A DNA stretch of 64,000 bases, taken from positions 1 to 64,000 of the forward strand of contig JBMORA010000001.1 of NCBI GenBank assembly GCA_049320885.1, in the 5' to 3' direction. The notes under the pieces were generated by a model. That model did not search any database. It was not told the DNA's origin and saw only the letters and a program-made list of their open reading frames with translations. Numbering within the stretch: the stretch's first letter is position 1; each line of letters begins with the position of its first letter. Made by a program: the position numbers and the translations under genes. Shown one piece after another: positions 1-10,281 of this stretch. This DNA is from Thermodesulfobacteriota bacterium (lineage in GTDB: Bacteria > Desulfobacterota > Desulfobacteria > Desulfobacterales > SURF-7).

Positions 1-482
1 TCCTTTTCATAGGTCGTTACCATTCTGCGCCAGAGACCGTCGACATCGGTAAGCAGCGTCTGGAGACTCGCCGCCATGGTTTCCGCCTGTTTTTTCCCGG
101 CCGCCAGTCCATCCCGTTCCCCCTTGGCGAATCCTTCGGCATAGGCCTGCTGCTCGATCTTTTTCAGATCCGCGGCCGCCATCGCCTCCGACGCTTCCGA
201 CTCGTTTTTCTTCCGTTCCGGGGCGCTTTGGCCGGACCCGCTATCGGAAGACCCCTCGCCTTCCGGATTCATTCCGATGAGGGTCCGGTGAACCGGGCGG
301 AATTCGCCTTCGGTTTCACGCCGGGGGCCGCCCTCATACAACAACCGGAAATCCTCATCGGGCCTGCCGCCCGGCGATCCGTTTTCGATTTCCAGCGTCT
401 GGAATTTCTCCAGCTGGCGGATATCGAGGGGCCGCCATTCGCTTTGGGGCTCTTTCGCGCAACCCTGCTGAGCTTTAGACAA
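1..482 (-). CDS. fliH: Flagellar assembly protein FliH (5' part; runs off window start)
   Basis: Not in the ORF track. TTG start at 482 overlaps the fliG stop. Hand translation MSKAQQG...AAADLKKIEQQAYAEGFAKGERDG shows the FliH AxxxGxxxG repeat, and the gene order fliF-fliG-fliH fits. Confidence 0.85.
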   Translation of the reverse strand, partial: MSKAQQGCAKEPQSEWRPLDIRQLEKFQTLEIENGSPGGRPDEDFRLLYEGGPRRETEGEFRPVHRTLIGMNPEGEGSSDSGSGQSAPERKKNESEASEAMAAADLKKIEQQAYAEGFAKGERDGLAAGKKQAETMAASLQTLLTDVDGLWRRMVTTYEK

Positions 483-1491
483 GGATATCACCTCCCCCCT
501 TACCCAGCGTTATCGTCCCGTCCGCCTCCAGCTCCTTGGCGGCGCTGACAATGGCCTGTTGAGCCGCCTCCACATCCGAGAGCTTGGCCGGTCCCATGAC
601 CTCAAGGTCCTCCAACAACATTTCAGCGGCGCGACTGGAAAGATTGCCCAGGATTTTCTTCTTCATCTCCTCGCTGGCGGTTTTCATGGCCAGGGTCAGC
701 TGACCGCTCTCCACCTTTTTCAGGATTTCCCGCATACCCCGGTCGTCCACCGCAGTCAGATCCTCAAAGACAAACATCAGTTTCCGGATCTCATCCACCA
801 TGTCCGCCTGCTCTTCCTCGATCTTCTCCATAATCGCATCTTCCGTCGCCTTGTCGACGCCGTTCAGAATGTCGACCAGCGTCGGGACTCCGCCGGACTT
901 GGTGCTGCCGCTGCCGATATTGCCGATCTCGTTGCGCAAGGCCTCGTCCACATCCCGGACGACGTCGTCGGAAACCTGACCCAGTTTGGCGATCCGCAGG
1001 GCGATATCCCCTTTTTTTTCATCGGGCAGCGCCATGAGTATTTCAGCCGAATTTTCCGCCGGAAGATGGGTCAGAATCATGGCGATGGTCTGGGGGTGCT
1101 CGCTGGCCAGATACGAGGCCAGGATTGCGGGATTGACCTCCCGGCTCCAGTTGAACGGGACCTCGCGTTTGTTCTCTTCAATCTCCTTATAAATCCTTTC
1201 CGCCTTGTCCTTTGCGAGGGTCTTGCCGATCACGTTTTTGGCGAAATATTCCCCCCCCACCAGCAACCGGTTTTCATCCTCATACACGGAAGCGAACTCC
1301 TCCATAACCGCGGTCACCACATCCGGAGGGATCTGATCAATCTGGGCCATGACATTGGCGATGATCTTGATCTCTTCCTCGGACATGCTGCGGAAAATCT
1401 GGGTCGTATAGTTCTCCCCCATGGTCAGGAGAAAAACAGCGGTCTTTTGAATGCCGGTCAGGTTTTGCACGTCCAATTTGGCGTCCTTCAT
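475..1491 (-). CDS. fliG: Flagellar motor switch protein FliG
   Basis: EHPQTIA and MFVFEDL motifs, 338 aa, downstream of fliF. Confidence 0.97.
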   Translation of the reverse strand: MKDAKLDVQNLTGIQKTAVFLLTMGENYTTQIFRSMSEEEIKIIANVMAQIDQIPPDVVTAVMEEFASVYEDENRLLVGGEYFAKNVIGKTLAKDKAERIYKEIEENKREVPFNWSREVNPAILASYLASEHPQTIAMILTHLPAENSAEILMALPDEKKGDIALRIAKLGQVSDDVVRDVDEALRNEIGNIGSGSTKSGGVPTLVDILNGVDKATEDAIMEKIEEEQADMVDEIRKLMFVFEDLTAVDDRGMREILKKVESGQLTLAMKTASEEMKKKILGNLSSRAAEMLLEDLEVMGPAKLSDVEAAQQAIVSAAKELEADGTITLGKGGGDILV

Positions 1492-1493
1492 CG

Positions 1494-3104
1494 TCAGGTC
1501 TCCGCCATCCAGCCTTTCAATATATTGGCTGACTTATCGACATCATCCATGGCATAGTGCCTGGCCTTCTCTTTGGGTGTCATCTTGCTCGGGTCGGCGA
1601 GCGCTTGCTCCTTCGCTCCGGGAGGCAGCCCCATTCGTTCCTCCGGTGACGGCAGGGACGCCACCACCGTTGTCTTGATTTCCTTCATGGCCTTGATCAG
1701 CGGCAATACGATCAAAACGAACAGTAAAACAATCAGCGCGACGTTGATCAGGCTGCGACCATGCATGCGCCAGAAGTCCTTCCAGTCAATCCCGGCCGCC
1801 TCAAGCATCTCGTCGGTGGCGGAAAAAGGAAAGGAGTCCACCGTCACTTGGTCCTCCCGGTCTTCGCTGTACCCCATGGCATTCCGGACGATACCCTTGA
1901 ATTGTTCCAGTTCCTGGGGGGTCCGGGGTGTATACTTGCGCACGGGTTTCCCGCTCTCATCGTTTTCAACGCTGTAATTTCCGTCCAGCACCGCCGCCAC
2001 CGAGAGACGCTTCAGGATTCCCACTGGTTTGATGGTCCGTTTGACGGTCCGATTCAGTTCATAATTGACGGTTTCGTCCTGCTTGTTGTTTTTTTCGCTG
2101 CTGCTCCCCGGCATTTCCTGCCCGGGGGCGGTGATCCGGTTGACGCTCGAGACTTCACCCGGAGCGGATATTTTATCCTTGGTTTCCAACAAATTCTGAC
2201 GGCTGCGAACGACCTGGACATCCGGATCGTATTGTTCCTCGTTGATATCGACCTGATCGAAATCCATGTCCGCCGTTACCCGAACAATGGCCTTTCCGGT
2301 TCCCACGATACGCTCCAGCATGGTCTGAATCCGCGCGGTAAGGTTTTTCTCAAAGGACAACTTGTATTGCAATTGCGAGTCCGCCTGTTCGCCCAGCTTT
2401 TCTTCCTCGGCGGCACCCTTGAACAACACCCGGCCCTTGGTATCCACCACGGCCACCCGTTCCGGAGTCATCCCCTCCAGACTGCTCGCAACCAGGTGAA
2501 CCACCGCCCGGATTTTTTCCGGAGATAAATCCCTTCGTAATTTCAACAAAACCGAAACCGACGGCGGCTCGGTCTCCTCAATGAAAACAGATTCCTTCCG
2601 CAGGGCGATCATGACCCGGGCATCCTCGACTTCCTCAAATTCCCGGATGGTTCTGGCCAGCTCTCCCTGCAATGCCCGCTGGTAATTCATCTTCTGGACA
2701 AAGTCGGTGGTTCCGAAATCCGTCTCGTCAAAGAGTTCGTAACCCACCGTCCCCCCCTTGGGCAATCCTTCGGCGGCCATGGCAAGCCGCACATCGTAGA
2801 CCCGCTCTGCCGGGACCTTGATGGTGTTGCCGTCGCCCGATAATTCATAGGGGATATTCTGTTCTTTCAGCTTCTCCACGATCTTGGCGGCATCTTCCTG
2901 GGTCAGGCCGGAGTAGGCGGTCTGGAAATCAATCCGGTTGGCCCAGAAAAACATGGCGGCGAATGCGGCCAGCAGCAGAACCAGCATGGCGCCCATGCCG
3001 ATTTTTCTGGAAAGCGGCATACGCCGGTAGATGTTGAAAACCTGCTGAATCGCGGGATAGTTTCGCAATGTGCCAGGGGTGAGGTCTCTGTCTTCGTCGG
3101 CCAT
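1494..3104 (-). CDS. fliF: Flagellar M-ring protein FliF
   Basis: Two TM segments, GYELFD, RALQGELARTI and LSVAAVLDG motifs. Confidence 0.97.
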   Translation of the reverse strand: MADEDRDLTPGTLRNYPAIQQVFNIYRRMPLSRKIGMGAMLVLLLAAFAAMFFWANRIDFQTAYSGLTQEDAAKIVEKLKEQNIPYELSGDGNTIKVPAERVYDVRLAMAAEGLPKGGTVGYELFDETDFGTTDFVQKMNYQRALQGELARTIREFEEVEDARVMIALRKESVFIEETEPPSVSVLLKLRRDLSPEKIRAVVHLVASSLEGMTPERVAVVDTKGRVLFKGAAEEEKLGEQADSQLQYKLSFEKNLTARIQTMLERIVGTGKAIVRVTADMDFDQVDINEEQYDPDVQVVRSRQNLLETKDKISAPGEVSSVNRITAPGQEMPGSSSEKNNKQDETVNYELNRTVKRTIKPVGILKRLSVAAVLDGNYSVENDESGKPVRKYTPRTPQELEQFKGIVRNAMGYSEDREDQVTVDSFPFSATDEMLEAAGIDWKDFWRMHGRSLINVALIVLLFVLIVLPLIKAMKEIKTTVVASLPSPEERMGLPPGAKEQALADPSKMTPKEKARHYAMDDVDKSANILKGWMAET

Positions 3105-3157
3105 TTCCGGATCACCTCATATTTTCTGGATCATGTCGTGGGTCGGGGAGAACAGCA

Positions 3158-3442
3158 TCAGAACTGCAGACGCATGATTTCACGGTAGGCGTCTATGACC
3201 TTGGCGCGCACCTGGAGGAAAAACCGAAAAGAAAGATCGGCCTCCTGAACCCGCAACATTCCTTCATGGATCCCCAGTCTGCCCTCCACGACCTGATGGA
3301 CAGCCTGATCCGCGCTGATCTGCTCCTGATTGACCTCCTGAACGGCGTCCTTGAGACGCTGGGCAAACCCTTCTCCCTGACTGCGGGATTTGCCTGCCGG
3401 CTGCGATACCAGCCCGGTGTTTGAGGACTCGATTCGGTTCAT
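3158..3442 (-). CDS. fliE: Flagellar hook-basal body protein FliE
   Basis: C-terminal QVRAKVIDAYREIMRLQF. ATG 3442 preferred over GTG 3448 on RBS spacing. Confidence 0.95.
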   Translation of the reverse strand: MNRIESSNTGLVSQPAGKSRSQGEGFAQRLKDAVQEVNQEQISADQAVHQVVEGRLGIHEGMLRVQEADLSFRFFLQVRAKVIDAYREIMRLQF

Positions 3443-3480
3443 CCGCACCCCCCCGATCCTGTTCCATCACCCCTCATGGA

Positions 3481-3915
3481 TTATTTACCGATTTCCAGGG
3501 CTTTCAGAATCATGCTCTTCGTATTGGTCAATGCGGCCACATTGGCCTCATAAGACCGCCTGGCGACCATCATGTCGGCCATTTCGGTCAAATGGTTGAC
3601 ATTCGGCATGGCCACATAACCAGTCACCGGGTCGGCATCCGGATGGGAAGGATTGTACACCAGCCGGAAATCTTCCTGGGATTTCACGATTTCGGCCACC
3701 TCCACCCCCCGGGAATTGTTGCGTGCCTCTTCCAGCCGGTTCTCGAAGGAAGGCAGGGCTTTTGCCTGAAAAACCACCATCTGGCGCCGATAAGGTCCGC
3801 CTTCGGCTGTCCGGGTCGTCTCCGCGTTGGCGAGATTTTCCGCAATGACGTTCAGTTTCGTCCGGTTCGCGGTGAGACCACTGCTGCTGATGCGCAGCGC
3901 CTGTGAAAAATCCAT
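3481..3915 (-). CDS. flgC: Flagellar basal-body rod protein FlgC
   Basis: ENLANAETTR, GGPYRR, YNPSHPDAD, RSYEAN motifs. Confidence 0.97.
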   Translation of the reverse strand: MDFSQALRISSSGLTANRTKLNVIAENLANAETTRTAEGGPYRRQMVVFQAKALPSFENRLEEARNNSRGVEVAEIVKSQEDFRLVYNPSHPDADPVTGYVAMPNVNHLTEMADMMVARRSYEANVAALTNTKSMILKALEIGK

Positions 3916-4322
3916 CAGCGACCTCCTTCGGTGATGCTCTGCCGCAAAATGCCGATCCTGCGCAGCAGCAGCTCCACGCTGGTACGATATTGAATGTTGT
4001 TTTCAATCAGATGGGTCATTTCCGTATCGATATCGACGGAATCCAGATGGAAAGCATCCGCTTCTCCCCCGCGGACGGTTCCCGCCATGTCGATTTCAGC
4101 CTCCCGGAAGGGCAGATGCCGTGGATCCGTGCGCCGCATACCGGATCCGCCGGTTTCCATGGCCTGCTTCAGGGTGGCCTGGAAATCGATGTCCCTGGGT
4201 TGGTAGCCGATGGTGTCCACATTGGCGATATTGCCGGTGATCAGGCTGTTCCGCCGGGCGGCGACATCAAGGGACTTGCTCAGCAATGCATGGGTTTTAT
4301 CGAAAAGAAAGGAATCCGTCAT
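3915..4322 (-). CDS. flgB: Flagellar basal-body rod protein FlgB
   Basis: NIANVDTIGY and VDIDTEM motifs; precedes flgC. Confidence 0.96.
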   Translation of the reverse strand: MTDSFLFDKTHALLSKSLDVAARRNSLITGNIANVDTIGYQPRDIDFQATLKQAMETGGSGMRRTDPRHLPFREAEIDMAGTVRGGEADAFHLDSVDIDTEMTHLIENNIQYRTSVELLLRRIGILRQSITEGGR

Positions 4323-4430
4323 ATGTCACTCCCCGGACTGCCGTCCGCCTGCCTTGGAAAAAACGCGGTGATCCGATGTGCTCCCGGGCTGGTGGCCCTG
4401 ATTCTGCCGGTTCTCATACCGAAATAACGA

Positions 4431-4446
4431 AGCAATTAGCATGCCT
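4431..4446 (-). promoter_or_regulatory. sigma54 (-24/-12) promoter of the flgB operon
   Basis: Minus strand AGGCATGCTAATTGCT = GG-N10-GC with TTGC, about 110 nt upstream of flgB. Confidence 0.75.
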
Positions 4447-4477
4447 GATCCATAACCGCCGGACCGAAATCAGGCGA

Positions 4478-5857
4478 TCAGCTCTCATCGTCTTCCAAAC
4501 TGTCCAGACCTTCCCGGTATTCATTCAGTTTGTTGCGCAGGGTGCGCACGCTGATTCCCAGCATTTTTGCCGCATGTGTCCGATTTCCCTTTGTTTTATC
4601 TAACATATGGAAAATCATTTTCTTTTCCACCTCTTTCAGCGGAACACTCAGGAGACTTTCCGGCAGACCGATTTCCTTTTCCGCGGGGAACCCGCGGCGA
4701 TCATCGGTTTCCTCGTCCATGAAGAGATCCGCCTCGCCGATGGTCTCACTCTCCGTAAGCAGAATAGCCCGCCGGACAATGTTTTCCAGTTCCCGGACAT
4801 TGCCCTGGAAAGAATGGTTCATCAGCCGACGCCAGGCCTGTTCAGTCAAACTTTTGACATTGCGGCCGTCAATCTCGTTATACCGTTCGATAAAATGACG
4901 GGTCAAAAGGGGTATGTCTTCTTCCCTTTCCCCCAGGGAGGGAATCCGGATGGGAATGGTGTTCAGGCGGTAATAGAGATCCTCGCGGAATTCCCCCTTG
5001 CGCACGGCCTCCTTTATGTCCCGGTTGCTGGTGGCAATCACGCGGACATCGATCTTGATCGGCCGTATTCCTCCCACCCGATCGATTTCTTTTTCCTGAA
5101 GGATGCGAAGCAGTTTGGATTGAAGATGGAACTGCATTTCGGTGACCTCGTCCAGCAGCAGGGTTCCGCCTTCCGCTAGCTCGAATTTACCGGGCTTCCG
5201 GGAAATCGCACCGGTAAACGCGCCTTTTTCATGACCGAACAGCTCGCTTTCCAGCAATGATTCCGGCAGGGCGGCGCAGTTGACCGCCACGAACGGATTG
5301 TCGCGACGTCCGCTGTGGAAGTGAATATACCGGGCAAACAGCTCCTTTCCTGTTCCGCTCTCGCCCTGGATGAATACCGCTGCCTGGCTGCCGGCGACCC
5401 TGCGGGCAAGGTCCAGAAGTTTTCGGACAGCCGGATCATTGGTAATGATATTTACCTGGCCTGCAGCGGCGGAGGATGGGGTTGATCCCGCAGCACTCTG
5501 AAAAACCTTTTCCACCAGCAGCCGAAGATGCGTGGTCTCAATCGGTTTCAGCAGAAAATCCGTCGCCCCGGCTTTCATCAATTCCACCGCGCCCTCCACC
5601 GACGCATGCCGGGCCGTGAATACAACCCGCGCTGGTTCCCCCCTGGCGGCGTTTTGCTCCAGAATCGTCGCCCCATCCATGTTGGAAGCCTCCACGTCGG
5701 CGATGATGAGCCGGCAGGCGCCGTTTTTCAGTTTCCGGTCTGCTTCCATCCCGTCGGATGCGGTTGCGACAGGATATCCCCAATCCTCCAAAAGCTCACT
5801 CAACCGGTTTCGCTCCCGGTGATCGGCCTCGATCAGTAATATAGTCGATTTATCCAT
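4478..5857 (-). CDS. sigma54-dependent response regulator (REC-AAA+-HTH), FlgR/FleR/FlrC-like flagellar regulator
   Basis: N-terminal receiver, GESGTGKE, GAFTGA and Fis-type HTH (NRTHAAKMLGIS). Start at 5857 preferred; the track extends to TTG 5902. Confidence 0.9.
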   Translation of the reverse strand: MDKSTILLIEADHRERNRLSELLEDWGYPVATASDGMEADRKLKNGACRLIIADVEASNMDGATILEQNAARGEPARVVFTARHASVEGAVELMKAGATDFLLKPIETTHLRLLVEKVFQSAAGSTPSSAAAGQVNIITNDPAVRKLLDLARRVAGSQAAVFIQGESGTGKELFARYIHFHSGRRDNPFVAVNCAALPESLLESELFGHEKGAFTGAISRKPGKFELAEGGTLLLDEVTEMQFHLQSKLLRILQEKEIDRVGGIRPIKIDVRVIATSNRDIKEAVRKGEFREDLYYRLNTIPIRIPSLGEREEDIPLLTRHFIERYNEIDGRNVKSLTEQAWRRLMNHSFQGNVRELENIVRRAILLTESETIGEADLFMDEETDDRRGFPAEKEIGLPESLLSVPLKEVEKKMIFHMLDKTKGNRTHAAKMLGISVRTLRNKLNEYREGLDSLEDDES

Positions 5858-5946
5858 GTGTTCCGTTCTATGCCGGCCGGATGCGAGTTCAGGACCGTCC
5901 AAGTTGTTTTTCGGCTGAATTGATCAAGCGGCCCGAAGCCGCCTGT

Positions 5947-8448
5947 TCAGGTACGCTCCAGTCTGTTTCCAACAGCGATACTGCGCAATCTCTCTTCCGC
6001 CAGTTTTCCCCAGATCGGATCACCGGTGGCCGCAACCTCGCGATATATCGGAGTCGCCAGATCGGCAGCTTTGTTTTTGAAATAGGCTTCGGCAAGCAGA
6101 TAGCGGAGGCCCGCGAGACCTTCCTCCTGGCGGGTATATTGGATCGCCCTGGAAAAAGCATCCGCCGCTTTATCATAGGCTCCCATGGCGAGAAACGTCT
6201 CGCCCAGTTCGCGATAAGCCGATGCCACCGGTGCCGGCACCGTCTGTTCGCCGGTGCTGTAAAGAGCGATGGCGTTGAGGAGGCGCTCCGCTTTTTCCTC
6301 CTGCCTGCCGCTGCCCGCCGACACCCGGGCCAGCTGCAGCAATATTCCCGCTTTTTCCAAATCGCTTTTCGCCGACCTCAGGGAAAGTTGGAAGCTCTCT
6401 TCGGCCTTCTGATACTCTTTTTTCTCCAGCCAGCCGCGACCGATCAGCATGGTCGCTTCAGCCGCATGCTCACCCCCGGGGTCTTCCCGCAGGTACTGAT
6501 TCAATCTTCCCATACCGTCATCCAGCGCACCGGTTTCCAGGGAAGCCCTCCCCAGCAGGAAGAGCAGGTCTTTCGGTCTGTTGGAACCTTGGTAGAACCG
6601 GTACGCCTTGCCGAGATAGTCGGCCGCCTGGGGGTAAAGGTGCCCTAGAAAAAACGCTTTGCCGGAAAGATAGTATAATTCCGGATTTTCCATCCGATTG
6701 ATGATCTTGCTCTGCTTTTCGGCCATCTGCAAAATGTGGGGATAGTTGTTCTCGGACAGCATCTGCTGGAAATATTTTTGGAACGATTGTTCCTGAAGAT
6801 ATTCGGCCTCCCGCCGCAAGGCCCGCCCGCCACGCCGCAGAAGCTCATCGATCATGGCAATGCTTTCCCTGTATTGGCCTTCTTTTTGCTGCATTTCGGC
6901 AAGGCGCAAGCGGCTCAACTCCGCCATTGGATGAGCGGGGAAATCCTCCATGATCATCCGATAAATCTTCTCCCGTTCCTGGGAATTCTCCTCGAGATTG
7001 GCCAACCGCAGGGAACTGATGATGAAGCCGTCGGTCCCTGGATACTTCTCCCGCACCTGCTCATAAATTTTTTTCGCCTTGTCGACCCGTTTCTCATCCT
7101 CATAGGTATCGCCGATGCGCGTCAGGACGATATGGTTTTCCGCCATATCCGGGAAGATATTGTATGCCTTGGCAAGGACTTCTCTTGCCTCCGGATACTT
7201 GGCTGTCTGGTAATAGCAGTTTCCGATGGTGGTCAACAGATCGGAAGAGGCATAGATCATCCGGGGATCGGAATCCACCAGCGCCGTCAAGTGTTCCAGG
7301 GCCTTCGGGAAACGGTTGGTTTCGAAATACGCCTTCCCGATTTCAAGCCTGGTCTGTTTTTCAAACATGGAACCGGGATATTGACCAAGGACTTGTTCAA
7401 AAAACGAAATCGCCTGTGAAAATTTCCGCTCTTTGGCGGAAAGCCTTCCCATCTCGAACAGCACCTCCGGCATGCCGGAATATTTCTTGAAGGAGTCGAG
7501 GACAATCTTGAAATATCCCCTGGCTTCCGGTTCGTTGTTCAGTTCCAGATACATTTTGCCGAGCATGGTCAATGCAAACGGAGCATATTTCGATTGGGAA
7601 TAATAACTGATGGCGTCCTGCAAGTCCTTGACCGCCTCCAGCAACTGGAATTCGTCCGCGTCCTCACTCCATTTGTAAACGGCAAAACCCTTCAGGAAAA
7701 AGGCGGCTTCCCGGCACCCGTCGGGCGGGCTGGATTGTAAAAAAGAGCCGACGGTCTCAACGGCTTCCCGATACATCCCTTTTTGGCAAAAGCCGACCGC
7801 TTTTTCCAGTTCGGCGCCTGTATGGCATTCCGCGGTTGAAAAAACCGCCAGGAAATCGTCGATACCGCCTTTTAGCCCGTTTTTCATGGATGGAACGGCG
7901 CTTTCCCGAGCGGGTATTTCCGGATGAACCGGCGGCATCGTTTCGTCGGCAGGTCCGGAAGGTGGCGAAGAATTCACGGCCTCCTGGCCCTGATGGGCTG
8001 ATTTGGCTTTGATCCCGGCCATGCGCTTTTTATGCACCGGTTCCTTCCGGAACAACCCAATCCGGATCGTCAGCGTTTTGGCGTCGCCCGCCCATTGGGC
8101 ATTGATCGGTCCCATGACGGCGCCGGTAACGACCCGCAAGGAAACAACCTGATCCGGAAGTGACAAGAATCGCAGTTCCCTGACCCACGCTATTCCGGCC
8201 CTGACCGGTTCCAGACGCACCCCGAGGGCTGTATCGCGGAATGCGATGGACATGGAAGTGTCATCATCCAACCGTATGATTTTAAAATCGGTTTTCCCAC
8301 TGAGACGAATGACGAGCCGTTCGGGTCGATCCAGAACCTGAAGGTCTTCGATGACCCGGACGCTGTTTCCGGATACGTCTGCGACCTGGAGGATCGGCCA
8401 TACAGCCCAGACACTCAGCCAGAAATATAGGATTCTATATCGCTTCAC
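5947..8448 (-). CDS. Secreted TPR-repeat protein with N-terminal beta-rich (AMIN-like) domain
   Basis: Signal-like N-terminus, about 100 aa beta-rich segment, Pro/Ser linker, then many TPR-like repeats (e.g. VLFEMGRL...YPGS). Confidence 0.8.
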   Translation of the reverse strand: MKRYRILYFWLSVWAVWPILQVADVSGNSVRVIEDLQVLDRPERLVIRLSGKTDFKIIRLDDDTSMSIAFRDTALGVRLEPVRAGIAWVRELRFLSLPDQVVSLRVVTGAVMGPINAQWAGDAKTLTIRIGLFRKEPVHKKRMAGIKAKSAHQGQEAVNSSPPSGPADETMPPVHPEIPARESAVPSMKNGLKGGIDDFLAVFSTAECHTGAELEKAVGFCQKGMYREAVETVGSFLQSSPPDGCREAAFFLKGFAVYKWSEDADEFQLLEAVKDLQDAISYYSQSKYAPFALTMLGKMYLELNNEPEARGYFKIVLDSFKKYSGMPEVLFEMGRLSAKERKFSQAISFFEQVLGQYPGSMFEKQTRLEIGKAYFETNRFPKALEHLTALVDSDPRMIYASSDLLTTIGNCYYQTAKYPEAREVLAKAYNIFPDMAENHIVLTRIGDTYEDEKRVDKAKKIYEQVREKYPGTDGFIISSLRLANLEENSQEREKIYRMIMEDFPAHPMAELSRLRLAEMQQKEGQYRESIAMIDELLRRGGRALRREAEYLQEQSFQKYFQQMLSENNYPHILQMAEKQSKIINRMENPELYYLSGKAFFLGHLYPQAADYLGKAYRFYQGSNRPKDLLFLLGRASLETGALDDGMGRLNQYLREDPGGEHAAEATMLIGRGWLEKKEYQKAEESFQLSLRSAKSDLEKAGILLQLARVSAGSGRQEEKAERLLNAIALYSTGEQTVPAPVASAYRELGETFLAMGAYDKAADAFSRAIQYTRQEEGLAGLRYLLAEAYFKNKAADLATPIYREVAATGDPIWGKLAEERLRSIAVGNRLERT

Positions 8449-8553
8449 TTGGCAACGGTATTCTCTCAGGATGCACCGGCATTGCCTGCACCCATCGGTT
8501 GGAATCGCATTTTTCCGCCAACAATCATGAACGGAATCGCCACAAACGATATT

Positions 8554-8569
8554 AGCAAACTGTATGCCA
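8554..8569 (-). promoter_or_regulatory. sigma54 (-24/-12) promoter of the TPR gene
   Basis: Minus strand TGGCATACAGTTTGCT, near-perfect match to TGGCAC-N5-TTGCW, with AT-rich sequence upstream. Confidence 0.85.
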
Positions 8570-8791
8570 AATTAATTATTAATCGCCGGCCGCGTTCCAT
8601 CACCGGGAGCGATCCATGGCTGCCAATTAAATCATATGAATACCGGCTGTTATTTTTTCATTCGGTCATCGGAGAATTTTCGGGCGGTAGTTGCGACTGG
8701 CGGGTATCGATCCCGGCGGGCAGGGGATAAAGGGGGTTCCATCAGCGGGAAGAGTCAAGAATTTGGCGCACGACCAAACGCGCAAAGGTCT

Positions 8792-9808
8792 TCAGTGGAG
8801 TGCCGGGTCTTCTTCCGTGAGATGCTCGTCCTCGAGTTTCAGTTTTTTGATCTTCTCCACCAGCGTGGTTCGATTCATCTTCAACATTTCAGCGGCCTTG
8901 GCTTTTACCCAATTGGTCTGGCGCAAGGCCTCGAGAATGAGATCCTTCTGATATTCTTCCACTGCCTCGTTGAACCCAACGCCGGTCTCAAAGTACACCG
9001 TGGGCTGGGGCGCATGCAGAACCACTTCCCTGTGCAGGCATTCCGGAAGGTCCGAAACACCGATGACGTCATGATCGACCATCACATACAGTCTTTCCAT
9101 CAGATTTTCAAGCTCGCGGACATTTCCCGGCCAGGAATGTTTCAGCAGGGCTGTCATGGCTGCTTCCGTGAAAAGCTTCCGTCCCCGCCCTTTTTCGGCC
9201 GCCAGTTTTTCTTGGAAATGGTTCACCAGGATGGGTATATCCGACTTTCGGTTCCGCAGTGGTGCAATCTGGATGGGTATGACATTCAACCGATAATACA
9301 GATCCTCCCGGAAGCCCCCGTTGCGGATGGCCTCCTTGAGGTCCCTGTTGGTTGCCGCAAGAATGCGTGTATTTACCTGGATCGGTCTGGTGCCGCCCAC
9401 CCGTTCCAACGTCTGATCCTGAATCACGCGCAGTAATTTCACCTGCAGGCTGGGGCTCATTTCCCCGATTTCATCCAGAAATATCGTTCCATTGTGGGCG
9501 ATTTCAAATTTTCCGATCCGGGTTTGATGCGCTCCGGTGAAAGCCCCTTTTTCATGTCCGAACAGCTCGCTCTCCAGCAGCTCGGCCGGAATCGCTCCGC
9601 AATTGATCGTTATCATGGCATTGTCCCGCCGGTGGCTGCGGTCATGAATGGCCCGGGCGATCAATTCCTTGCCTGTCCCGCTTTCACCGGTGATCAGGAC
9701 GGTGCTGTTGGTCGGGGCGACTCTCTTCACCAGGTCGATGACATGGCGTATCTCCGGGCTTTCCCCGATGAGGTTCCCCTCTATTCCGTTTTGATGCACC
9801 TCATTCAT
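8792..9808 (-). CDS. sigma54-dependent activator lacking an N-terminal sensory domain (AAA+ and HTH), FlrA/FleQ-like candidate
   Basis: AAA+ begins about 10 aa from the start (LIGES); GESGTGKE, GAFTGA, C-terminal HTH. Confidence 0.88.
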   Translation of the reverse strand: MNEVHQNGIEGNLIGESPEIRHVIDLVKRVAPTNSTVLITGESGTGKELIARAIHDRSHRRDNAMITINCGAIPAELLESELFGHEKGAFTGAHQTRIGKFEIAHNGTIFLDEIGEMSPSLQVKLLRVIQDQTLERVGGTRPIQVNTRILAATNRDLKEAIRNGGFREDLYYRLNVIPIQIAPLRNRKSDIPILVNHFQEKLAAEKGRGRKLFTEAAMTALLKHSWPGNVRELENLMERLYVMVDHDVIGVSDLPECLHREVVLHAPQPTVYFETGVGFNEAVEEYQKDLILEALRQTNWVKAKAAEMLKMNRTTLVEKIKKLKLEDEHLTEEDPALH

Positions 9809-9813
9809 GCAAA

Positions 9814-10188
9814 TCAGCCCAAAATCTTCTTCAGTTTTTCCGAAATCTGATCGGCCGTGAATGGTTTGACCACATAATTGGATACACCCGCCTGAACCGC
9901 CTCGATGACATTCTGCTTCTGAGCTTCGGCCGTTACCATGAGGAAGGGTAGTGATTTGGTTTCGGGCATGGAACGTACTTTTTTCAGGAGTTCAAGGCCG
10001 GTCATTTTCGGCATATTCCAGTCGGATATAATCAAATCGAAACTGCCGGCTTTCAGAAGTTCAAGAGCCGTTGTGCCGTCATCCGCTTCCGTCACGTTGG
10101 TGAATCCGAGTTGTTTTAAAATATTTTTCATGATACGACGCATGGTCGCGAAATCATCAACGATCAATATTTTTATCGAAAAATCCAT
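9814..10188 (-). CDS. cheY: Chemotaxis response regulator CheY
   Basis: [23 protein letters not shown] and YVVKPF; 124 aa. Confidence 0.95.
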   Translation of the reverse strand: MDFSIKILIVDDFATMRRIMKNILKQLGFTNVTEADDGTTALELLKAGSFDLIISDWNMPKMTGLELLKKVRSMPETKSLPFLMVTAEAQKQNVIEAVQAGVSNYVVKPFTADQISEKLKKILG

Positions 10189-10281
10189 TCGGCAGGTCCT
10201 CCTTTTCTATCATTCTCTTCCCGGGGCAAACCGCTGTTTCTGCATCCAGACGAAATTGCACCGCAACGCCGCTTAGGCAAT

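Noticed and set aside
559..1557. 332-aa plus-strand ORF
   Set aside because: Antisense shadow of fliG with no recognisable motifs
8792..10188. cheY plus activator as a broken NtrC-type gene
   Set aside because: The receiver is a full canonical CheY next to cheX with its own stop codon; nothing suggests a frameshift
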